Assembly: GCA_963765495.1 (NCBI GenBank)
Contig: CAVXWP010000008.1
Location: 576,001 to 640,000 of the forward strand
Direction of reading: 5' to 3'
Length of the DNA stretch: 64,000 bases
Origin: Blastocatellia bacterium
GTDB lineage: Bacteria > Acidobacteriota > Blastocatellia > UBA7656
Part shown: piece after piece, positions 1 to 8,205 of the stretch
Numbering within the stretch: position 1 is the stretch's first letter
How the letters are laid out: the number at the start of each line of letters is the position of its first letter
Notes under the pieces: model-generated
Databases searched by the model: none
Told to the model about the DNA's origin: nothing
Seen by the model: the letters and a program-made list of their open reading frames with translations, nothing else
Translations under genes and position numbers: made by a program

Positions 1-303
1 CGCCACCTCGAAGTTGGCGATCAAGCATTGTGTGCCATGCCGAATGTATTCGTACTCCTGGCGCTCGATCTGGCCAGCCTGATCGGCCAAGCCGGGCTGC
101 ATCAGCTTTGTCGGTGCGGCGCGTTCCAGCGCCTGAATGCCAGTCTTTTCGTCCGTGCTCATCAGATGAATGCCTTGTTCGTGCAGTCGCGGCGCTTGCT
201 CGTAAAGATCGCACACGGTTTTGACTTGTTCGCCGAACGCTTCCGAGTCACGCTCTGGGGCGTTAAGCCAGTATTCACTCCGATGCGGTTTTAAATCGGT
301 CTG
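1..303 (-). CDS. IS630 transposase, DDE part (ORF B, +1 frame, partial)
   Basis: Manual translation: QTDLKPHRSEYWLNAPERDSEAFGEQVKTVCDLYEQAPRLHEQGIHLMSTDEKTGIQALER. Confidence 0.85.
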
Positions 304-793
304 ATTTTAAAAAACGCCCGACACTCGACGCCGAGATGCTTGCAACGATCTGGCGTTTGACGACTTCATCGGCTAACTCCGACGGCGTCCAATGACTGAT
401 CGGGCGGGCACTTTTAGCTGTCGCTTCACAGGCGACGGCGACGATCTGCACGATCTGTTCGGCGGTGAAGGTCGGCGGCGTTCCACGACGCGGCAGATCG
501 CTTAGGCTGGCGACGATCAGTTCGCGCATCTGCTTGTCGCTTTGGTTGGCGACTTCGGCCTGCTGTAGTTTGGGCAGCAGAGCAAGCCAGCGATTGCGCC
601 ACTTACGTACCACGGCGCGATCCATTTGGTGCTGACGGGCGAGTTCGTTATTACCGACGCCAGTGGCCATCGCCAACATCATCAAGGCACGAACGACCAG
701 CCGGTATTCTGTGCTGCGTTGCCTGGCGATTTCTTCAACTATCTTTCGCGATCTCTCTGAGAGATCAATCTTCGGGGAAGTTTGGTTTGGCAT
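275..793 (-). CDS. IS630 transposase, N-terminal HTH part (ORF A)
   Basis: RKWRNRW, LSDLPRRGTPPTFTAEQIVQIVAVACE and SHWTPSELA motifs; ends after a T6A4 run. Confidence 0.85.
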   Translation of the reverse strand: MPNQTSPKIDLSERSRKIVEEIARQRSTEYRLVVRALMMLAMATGVGNNELARQHQMDRAVVRKWRNRWLALLPKLQQAEVANQSDKQMRELIVASLSDLPRRGTPPTFTAEQIVQIVAVACEATAKSARPISHWTPSELADEVVKRQIVASISASSVGRFLKSDRFKTASE

Positions 794-884
794 CTGTCGC
801 TCCCAGCCCTTGATGTAGATTGCTTCAGATGCTGATTCTACCATTCAAAGAACAAGGTGGAGAATTTCAGAAAGGCTCCACTAG

Positions 885-1540
885 TTTCATTTCAGATGCT
901 GCTGGAGATGAACCCAATCTCTTCTCTGATAATGGGCTGGGCGGTGATGCTGGTCGCGATGATGTCGCCGACGTTGATTACACCGTTTAACCACATCTTC
1001 AACTGCAGCTTCAAGCGTCGCCGTGCTCGGTCCGTGACTCTATTCGTATTCGGTTATGCTGCGATTTGGATGGCGGCGGGCGGCGTGCTGATTGCAGCAA
1101 CGCTTATGCTGAAACTGCTTGCGCCGCAATCATATCTGCCGGCGGTCGGAGTGGGGATTATTGCCATCGTGTGGCAGTGTTCGCCCATAAAACAGCGTTG
1201 TCTTAATCGCAGCCATAATCATAGTGCACTGGCAGCGTTTGGCGGCGCCGCAGATCGGGACGCCCTACGTTTCGGGATTACGCACGGGGTTTGGTGCGTC
1301 GGATCCTGTTGGGCATTGATGCTACTCCCTATGCTACTGCTACAAGGGCATGTTGCTGCGATGGCTGTTGTAACCTGCTTGATGATCAGCGAACGTCTGG
1401 AACGACCATGACCGCTGAGTTGGCGTCTGCGGTTTCCCAGCAAGCTTATGCGGATTGTGATCGCCCAGACTCGGATACGATTGCAAAGTTTGCCGTCAGG
1501 TATTAGACCATCTCTGGCAGTGTTGCGAAAATTATTTTAG
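885..1540 (+). pseudogene. DUF2182-like metal-binding membrane protein, 5'-interrupted by the IS and with an internal TGA
   Basis: WAVMLVAMMSP, WQCSPIKQRCLNR and WCVGSCWALMLL motifs; in-frame TGA 1409-1411, frame stays open to TAG 1538-1540; 5' end abuts the IS terminus. Confidence 0.7.
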
Positions 1541-1596
1541 AGTGCAAAAGCTAACACTCTTCTCTTCCTTACGCGGCGATCTTAACGCGGTATTGG

Positions 1597-1679
1597 GCCT
1601 TACCGCTCATTCCAACGGACGCGCTCCAATGTTTCGTGTTCTATCAACTACAAGAGCACCGCTGAATGCGTAGGTAGGC
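1597..1679 (+). repeat. attC site, 85-bp family (degenerate cores)
   Basis: GCCTTAC-CGCTCATTCCAACGGACGCGC...GAGCACCGCTGAATGCGTA-GGTAGGC. Confidence 0.7.
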
Positions 1680-1879
1680 CCGAGCGATGCCCCCCAAAAC
1701 GCTGATGTTGAGAATTCAGAGCAAATTTGATTCTTTCAAGCAAATTGACCGAGATCAATGTATTATCTGGAATATCCTTCGTAGAATCATTCTTCTTAAG
1801 CTCAGATACTTAGGAGTTGCGCTCTTAGTGATCACCAGTTGTTTGAAAAACCTTTTCAATTCTAAGGAAGGAGAACACC

Positions 1880-2848
1880 ATGAACCGAATATCTTCCTGG
1901 GTAGTAGAAGTTCGCCTTGCATCAATTTTTCGAGGCTGCATCATTCTTGGTCTGGTCCTCAGTTCAGGCCTGGCCCGAGGTCAGTCATTGTCGTTCAACA
2001 ACCATGTTCATCTGACGAATGATTCGCCAGAACCTCAGAATGCCCCTATGCCGCATCTTTCTTCAGGGGCGCAAGAAGCGGCTAGAGAGATTGGAGTTGT
2101 TCAACTATTGGAACATCTCTATCGCCTGCCTGAGTCGCAACGTTGCGCAGGACCTTCAGCGACTCTGGAGGCGTTTATGTTGAGGCAAGAGATAACTGAA
2201 GCAGTGCTCGCTACATCGCTTGATGTAGACAGGGTCTCTGCTGAAATCGACGATGAAATAGCTCAGATCACCGCTATTCGCAATGACCTCAAATCACGCC
2301 GGGATCGCGCACTTAAAATCGACAATATTGCTGACATAATCACCAATGGTGGTATAGGTTTAATTGGTTCCTTTCTCGCGCTCAGGGAGAGCACAGCAAA
2401 GAGCGGCGACCTTGTTAGTGCCTTTGCTGGTGGGGCTTCGACCCTCCTCTCTATCATCGGTATTCGCAAGGAGCGCGGTGGGGAAACATCATTTGATGCC
2501 AGAACTAACATGCTTGCCAAACTCTTTGATCGCCCATTGAAGCGACACAGCGATTTTCCAGAAGGGGTCTGGAGTTATCTCAACACCCAGCCACCTTCTG
2601 AGCAAGGAAAGGGGGCGCGGATAGCAGAGTTGAAAACCGAATGGATCAAAGCCGATCTGATAGATAACACTCCCAAGGGTCAGAGAAAGATCGATCTGTT
2701 GACCGATAGTGGTAATCAGCCAGCCAAATTGTCGATAGATTTGCTAAAGGACCGTATAACAATGCTCGCAGACTTACGATCACAAATTTTCCTGATGAAG
2801 CACGATCTGAGCAAGCTTATACAGGGTATCAGGTGCCCTAGCGAGTGA
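1880..2848 (+). CDS. hypothetical exported helical protein
   Basis: 322-aa ORF, RBS AAGGAG, N-terminal hydrophobic segment, coiled coil and Gly-rich hydrophobic hairpin. Confidence 0.75.
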   Translation: MNRISSWVVEVRLASIFRGCIILGLVLSSGLARGQSLSFNNHVHLTNDSPEPQNAPMPHLSSGAQEAAREIGVVQLLEHLYRLPESQRCAGPSATLEAFMLRQEITEAVLATSLDVDRVSAEIDDEIAQITAIRNDLKSRRDRALKIDNIADIITNGGIGLIGSFLALRESTAKSGDLVSAFAGGASTLLSIIGIRKERGGETSFDARTNMLAKLFDRPLKRHSDFPEGVWSYLNTQPPSEQGKGARIAELKTEWIKADLIDNTPKGQRKIDLLTDSGNQPAKLSIDLLKDRITMLADLRSQIFLMKHDLSKLIQGIRCPSE

Positions 2849-3067
2849 GGGACTCCTGCAAATGATTGTATGCTTTTTAGGTCTTTAAGTGCAGTGGCGA
2901 TTCGATATCTAGCATTGATTTTCTCTGGTTACCAGGCTTTGATAAAAAGGCCATCTGGTCAATCGCAAACAAGTACAGCGGTAGATTGAAATGTCTTTGG
3001 CATATTTTTCATATGTTAGTGGTAGCTTTTTGATATCTACCTAAAATTCAAAAGGAGTCACATTATC

Positions 3068-3577
3068 ATGATCTCTAAAATGCAGTTACTAAACCAGTTG
3101 CACAGCCTACGTCATACGGGCTTCGCCACCAAACTTGAACAACACGCAACAACACACGGTTTCCCGACATCATTCTTCTTTGCGATTGCAAGTCGTGAAA
3201 CAAACTGTCTCAATATACTGGGGGATCCTCAGCACGGCGAATTTCACGGTGTAGGAATAATTCAAATTGATACTCAACATCCGATCGCACGTCAGGCGCG
3301 CGACAGCGGCTCTTGGCGGACCAATCCGGATCCACTTATTGAGTTTGGCGCCCGGTTGCTAGAGGACAATATCAAGCGGACAGCGGTGAGATTCCCTAAT
3401 CTCAATCAGCAGCAGCAATTAAAGATTGCCTCAAGCGGGTACAATTGTGGTATCACAAGTGCAATTGATGGCGCACTTCATGGAGACAGTGATCTTCATA
3501 CGACAGGACATAACTATGGTCGAGATGTCATCACGAGAATGACTATCTTTGAAGAACTGATCGCTGAGGAGAATTAG
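3068..3577 (+). CDS. goose-type lysozyme-like (GH23) peptidoglycan hydrolase
   Basis: IASRET, GD..HGVGIIQID, SGYNCG and DLHTTGHNYGRDV motifs. Confidence 0.75.
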   Translation: MISKMQLLNQLHSLRHTGFATKLEQHATTHGFPTSFFFAIASRETNCLNILGDPQHGEFHGVGIIQIDTQHPIARQARDSGSWRTNPDPLIEFGARLLEDNIKRTAVRFPNLNQQQQLKIASSGYNCGITSAIDGALHGDSDLHTTGHNYGRDVITRMTIFEELIAEEN

Positions 3578-3807
3578 GAGTAGACTTTATCAAAGTCAGC
3601 CTCGGGCTTCATTCACTTGCTTTGGACGTCATTTCTCAAGTTACGCCTCTCGTTATTCAGCACAGAGACCGGGCTCCTGCGAAAGATCAACTCAAGAAAC
3701 TCCCCGGGAGGCCTCGACTCTGTTCGTATTGTTCCAGATGAATGCTTGGTGCGAGGGCTTGCTTGTAATATCGACCACACCATCACAACCACTTGCCAAA
3801 GACCGAA

Positions 3808-3892
3808 GGCTAACCGCTCATTCCAGCGGACGCGCATTCCACTTCCAACTTATCCCTTAGCTACCGGCGCGTCGCTGAATTCGGAGTTAGGC
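3808..3892 (+). repeat. attC site, 85-bp family (intact)
   Basis: R'' GGCTAAC, L'' ATTCCAGC / L' GCTGAAT with one extra base, GACGCGC/GCGCGTC stem, R' GTTAGGC. Confidence 0.9.
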
Positions 3893-4063
3893 TACTCTGA
3901 GATGTGCTTCCGAATTTTAGACTTGTCATTTCATTCAATCTTATGAGCGTATTTGACATTTTGACAAACATAGCATAGAAAAGAACCTCACACGTAACTC
4001 ACTTTTTGACTTTGTAAAAATGAAGGTTTAAATTAGTCTGATATTTCTTCAGGAGAATCCATT

Positions 4064-4606
4064 ATGAACAAAATTGGCTCAAATTCTGACCTGGCTAAAT
4101 ACATGCATCGCCGGAACTTTCTAAAGACCGTAGTGTTGGGTGGAGGCGCCAGCCTCTTCTCATTTACCTGGGGCTCTAGTACTTCTCTAAGTGCCGGCCA
4201 AACTGACGCCCTGTTACTTTCCTGCATGGATTACCGGTTAGTTGATTACACGTTGCACTACATGGTTGGGCGAGGTCTAAGAGACAAATATGACCACGTG
4301 GTTCTAGCAGGAGCTTCCTTGGGAGCGATTACCGACAAGTACCCTGAATGGAACAAAACCTTCTGGGATCACCTCGGTCTAGCAATAAAGCTACACAGTA
4401 TACACAAAGTAATGGTTTTGGATCATCGAGACTGTGGTGCGTATAAACTCATTTTGGGGGAAGAATGCTGCAATAATCGGGAAAGAGAAACAAAAGCACA
4501 TAGGACGCAGCTTCAGAGTTTGGGGAAAAGTATAAGCAAGAAATATTCAGACCTTGAGGTAGAGTTACTATTAATGGATCTGAATGGAGTGGTAGAAAAA
4601 ATCTAA
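4064..4606 (+). CDS. beta-class carbonic anhydrase with Tat-like signal
   Basis: RRNFLK twin-Arg motif; zinc motifs CMDYR and HRDCG. Confidence 0.85.
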   Translation: MNKIGSNSDLAKYMHRRNFLKTVVLGGGASLFSFTWGSSTSLSAGQTDALLLSCMDYRLVDYTLHYMVGRGLRDKYDHVVLAGASLGAITDKYPEWNKTFWDHLGLAIKLHSIHKVMVLDHRDCGAYKLILGEECCNNRERETKAHRTQLQSLGKSISKKYSDLEVELLLMDLNGVVEKI

Positions 4607-4650
4607 AGAGAAGCACAATGTCAGCGGGGAGATCTTCAAGAGGTGACTTA

Positions 4651-4736
4651 GCCTTGCTGCTCATTCCCGCGGACGCGCATTCCAATGCTTCAGTTTCCCA
4701 TTACCTACAGCGGGCCGCTTTGTGCCTCAATTTGGC
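4651..4736 (+). repeat. eroded attC site, 85-bp family
   Basis: GCCTTGC-TGCTCATTCCCGCGGACGCGCATTCCA matches the left half of 3808-3892; right half decayed (ATTTGGC). Confidence 0.6.
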
Positions 4737-4896
4737 TCTCTCGGAAGTAGCCAAAACATTGGTTTGGTAACTACCATTCAAATCCATACTCCATGCTCGT
4801 TTTACCATCTTCAATTGAATCTAAAGTCTATTCCTCGTAAGCTTCCTCTTGCTTCCCTTTTCCTCTTCATTCTGAGTCAATCATTTTGGAGGTTTT

Positions 4897-5376
4897 ATGA
4901 ACGATCTTAATCAAGTTGCTCCTGCCTTCCTTGAAATGGCACATCGTATTGTCTGGTGCAGCGCGGCTACGGTGGATGCCAATGGTAGACCTCGCTCTCG
5001 CATCCTTCACCCGATCTGGCAGTGGGATGGCTCTTCACTCGTCGGCTGGGTAGCAACTTCTCCTACTCCTCTCAAACGTGCTCACCTCAGTTACAGTCCT
5101 TATATGTCGTTAAACTATTGGGCTTCCTCCCATGATACTTGTGTTGCTGAATGTCGAGCAACCTGGGCTTTCGACGAACAGACGCGCAGGATGGTATGGA
5201 ATCTCTTTTCCCACACCCCAGAGCCTGTGGGGTATGACCCGGCGATCATTCCTGGATGGGAGAACCCGACCTCGGAAACATTTGTTGCCCTGCGATTAGA
5301 GCCCTGGCGGCTGCGGGTGTTTCCCGGCAGTGTATTGATGGGACAAGGAGGAAATGTGCTAAGGTGGCAAGCCTAA
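4897..5376 (+). CDS. pyridoxamine 5'-phosphate oxidase-like (split-barrel flavin) protein
   Basis: ATVDANGRPRSRILHP and TPLKRAHL motifs; RBS GGAGG. Confidence 0.8.
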   Translation: MNDLNQVAPAFLEMAHRIVWCSAATVDANGRPRSRILHPIWQWDGSSLVGWVATSPTPLKRAHLSYSPYMSLNYWASSHDTCVAECRATWAFDEQTRRMVWNLFSHTPEPVGYDPAIIPGWENPTSETFVALRLEPWRLRVFPGSVLMGQGGNVLRWQA

Positions 5377-5507
5377 GAGCAATGCCCCAAATGCCCCACA
5401 AGCAAGTCCATTGGATTGATCTGTTGAACATAGCGCGAATACTTGGAAATTAAGCACAGTGACTCGCAGTGGAGGGGTTAACGAAGATCATAAAATGGAG
5501 ATTTATT

Positions 5508-6446
5508 ATGTACTATAATCGCCGCCGGTTTTTGACCAGCACGACAAGCCTTCTGTTTTCGACATCGATATTAGTTCCCCCCATCTTCCAGGAGAAAAAA
5601 GGAACGCGGCTTATCTTGCTTGGCACAAAGGGCGGGCCAACTGTTGGCGGTGAACTCCGTAAGAATCCCGCGACGCTGCTATTGATCAACGGCACGCCGT
5701 ACGTCGTTGACTGCGGATATGGCGTCTCGCGGCAACTCATCGCTGCTGGTGTGCCTCTTAACAAGCTGCGCTATATCTTTATTACCCATCATCACTCCGA
5801 TCATACCCTGGAGTATGGAACTCTAGTCTATAACGCGTGGGCTACGGATTTACCGTTCCGTGTGGAAGCCTTTGGGCCGCCTGGGTTGGAGGAGATGACG
5901 CAAACTTTCTTCAACTACATGAAATTTGACATTGATACTCGGATAACAGACGAGGGTAAACCCGACCTGCGCAAGTTTGTTTTAGCTCACGATTTCGATA
6001 GGCCCGGTGTAGTGATGCAAAACGATGATGTAAGGGTAAGCGCGGGTCTAGTACGACACCCGCCAATCAAACAATCTTATGCGTATAGGTTCGACGCTAA
6101 GGATCGTTCGGTGGTCATATCTGGTGATACAACCTATTCGCCGGAGCTTGCCGACTTCGCCAAAGATGCCGATGTGCTCGTACACGAAGTGATGTATTTG
6201 CCAGGTATCGAAAGTCTGATGAAGCGCGTGCCGAACGCGGCACAGTTGCGAGAGCATCTATTGGCGAGCCATAGCAGCCCTGAAGATGTCGGTAAGGTAG
6301 CTGCTCAGGCTAGGGTTAAGACGGTTGTGCTCTCTCACTTTGTTCCTGGTAATGATCCATCGATCACAGATGAGCAGTGGGCGAAAGGAGTACGTAAGCA
6401 TTTCAGAGGTCAAATCATCGTTGGCAAAGATTTGATGGAAATTTAG
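5508..6446 (+). CDS. MBL-fold hydrolase (RNase Z/arylsulfatase-like) with Tat-like signal
   Basis: RRRFL, LLGTKGGP, VDCG, THHHSDH, SGDT and DVLVHE motifs. Confidence 0.85.
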   Translation: MYYNRRRFLTSTTSLLFSTSILVPPIFQEKKGTRLILLGTKGGPTVGGELRKNPATLLLINGTPYVVDCGYGVSRQLIAAGVPLNKLRYIFITHHHSDHTLEYGTLVYNAWATDLPFRVEAFGPPGLEEMTQTFFNYMKFDIDTRITDEGKPDLRKFVLAHDFDRPGVVMQNDDVRVSAGLVRHPPIKQSYAYRFDAKDRSVVISGDTTYSPELADFAKDADVLVHEVMYLPGIESLMKRVPNAAQLREHLLASHSSPEDVGKVAAQARVKTVVLSHFVPGNDPSITDEQWAKGVRKHFRGQIIVGKDLMEI

Positions 6447-6509
6447 ATCAGGTCCCGTACCGTGAAGAAATACAATAAACGGATCAGGTATTAGCTGATC
6501 ACTATAGCG

Positions 6510-7205
6510 ATGAATAGATTGATTTTCAGTGAAGCTATTGATTCCAGCGCGCCAGTTGTCGGAAATCATGATTTAAGCCGTGTCCTAATTGTAGAAGGCA
6601 CTTCGGGTATTGGCAAATCAACCCTGATCGATCTGCTTGTGCGTCGTTTTATTGACGAAAGACCTGCTCGCAAACTCCGAACATTTTTGCACCTTACCCA
6701 AGCCCATACTTATGGTCCTTTGGCAGTAGATGAGGATCAAAATACTCTGACCAAAGATCAAAACCTCCGCCACCTTGATAATGTTGTTTCGATTCTCGAA
6801 TGGCATGTGTTAGCCCTTACAGCCGAAACAAAGGTAAAATTTTTTGCCGTTGTTGACACGCTCCACCTTACCCATTGCCACCGGCCGGGCCTACTAAATT
6901 GGGAAGACGTTTCGGGGCTTGATTCTCGATTGGCTAGTTTAGGCGCAAGACTTTTGTACCTACAGGCAAATTCACAAACTATATGGGAGCGAGGGATCAT
7001 TCCTCGCCGTGATCAAGAGTTCATATTGGGGTATGCGAATCCTAAATTTGGTAACACATTGGAAGAGATTCACCAATACTTCGTAGCTGAGCAGGAGCGG
7101 ATGCGACAACTTCTTTCAGGTACAAGTATGAAGTATCTTGAAATGGATGCAGATGTTGACCTGAGTTCGAGAGTAGAAGAGGCCTACGAGTTCTGGCAAT
7201 CTTAA
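6510..7205 (+). CDS. P-loop NTPase, nucleoside/nucleotide kinase-like
   Basis: Walker A VEGTSGIGKST. Confidence 0.7.
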   Translation: MNRLIFSEAIDSSAPVVGNHDLSRVLIVEGTSGIGKSTLIDLLVRRFIDERPARKLRTFLHLTQAHTYGPLAVDEDQNTLTKDQNLRHLDNVVSILEWHVLALTAETKVKFFAVVDTLHLTHCHRPGLLNWEDVSGLDSRLASLGARLLYLQANSQTIWERGIIPRRDQEFILGYANPKFGNTLEEIHQYFVAEQERMRQLLSGTSMKYLEMDADVDLSSRVEEAYEFWQS

Positions 7206-7457
7206 CAGGACCAAAGGAAGTTGGTCGCCGAGCAGACGGCACCGGCATTGCGACAGGGCCGGCTGAAGGCTATGAGGGGCTGCTTCTATATACCGCAAAC
7301 GGGTATGTATCTGTCTTGGTGCTCGTTCTGAGAGACCGAAACGGGATGGAGGGTAGCGCTAACCGCGAAGAACTACTTGCCTACCATCTCAAAACTCGAC
7401 TCGCCAGGCTTAAACCACTGTGAGGTTCCCGCTAAACATGATAATGTGATTCCTACA

Positions 7458-8195
7458 ATGTTTAAATATTTGCGGCACGTAAGATCTGTCTATTTTAGGT
7501 GCACCTGGGAGATCCGGGTTGTATCAAGTGTCGCGGCGTGCTTATGCGTGCTTGCGGTAGCGGGTACTCTCGCAAGTCTGTTCCCTTTACCCGTCTGCGC
7601 ACAGCAGACTGCACCATCGACACCGGTCGTGGTCCAACCTGGTGCGCCGGGGAAACCGACGCGGACTCTTCCCCCGACGACGAGAGCTAAACTCCCGCCA
7701 GCCTCCCCGGCAGATGTGCAGTTCATGCAAGGTATGATTATGCATCACGCTCAGGCAGTTGAGATGACCGCTCTGATCGAATCGCATACCGAGAACAAGA
7801 ACCTGAGGTCGCTAGGTGCGCGAATCAGCAGATCGCAGTCGGACGAGATAAAGTTTATGAAACGGTGGCTGGCTTCCCGTGGACAGCCAGTTTCACTGGC
7901 GATGCCTGACATGCCACACATGCATATGTCGCACGGGTCGATGATGCTTATGCCCGGGATGCTTACCACGGAGCAGATGGAAGCACTCAGGAAAGCAGGA
8001 GGCGAAGAGTTCGACCGTCTGTTTCTAACAGGCATGATTCAGCACCACGGAGGCGCTTTGACAATGGTGAAAGACTTGTTCAACACCGCGGGCGCAGGAC
8101 AGGACGCTGAATTGTTCAACTTCGCAACTGATGTGGATAGCGGACAGCGCGCCGAAATCCGAATCATGGAACGCATGCTAAAGAAAAACCCTTAG
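7458..8195 (+). CDS. DUF305-domain exported protein (start uncertain)
   Basis: ADVQFMQGMIMHHAQAVEM and FDRLFLTGMIQHHGGA repeats. Confidence 0.85.
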   Translation: MFKYLRHVRSVYFRCTWEIRVVSSVAACLCVLAVAGTLASLFPLPVCAQQTAPSTPVVVQPGAPGKPTRTLPPTTRAKLPPASPADVQFMQGMIMHHAQAVEMTALIESHTENKNLRSLGARISRSQSDEIKFMKRWLASRGQPVSLAMPDMPHMHMSHGSMMLMPGMLTTEQMEALRKAGGEEFDRLFLTGMIQHHGGALTMVKDLFNTAGAGQDAELFNFATDVDSGQRAEIRIMERMLKKNP

Positions 8196-8205
8196 AGGAT
8201 AAGCG

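Larger units (their letters stand above)
1..884 (-). mobile_element. IS630-family insertion sequence (runs off the left edge)
   Basis: HTH ORF plus a frameshifted DDE ORF containing STDEKTGIQALER; probable terminus ...GGCTCCACTAG at 881-884 (TA target typical of IS630). Confidence 0.85.

Noticed and set aside
1409-1432. In-frame TGA followed by a small hairpin (CCGC...GCGG) as a possible selenocysteine codon, given selB
   Set aside because: The context ERP*PLSW is not a Cys-type redox motif, the hairpin is weak and abuts the codon, and the gene is already IS-interrupted; CGA>TGA is simpler.
3613-3946. ORFs spanning attC sites (also 13096-13296, 17348-17644, 1687-2022)
   Set aside because: They run through attC sequence or overlap real genes and lack protein features.
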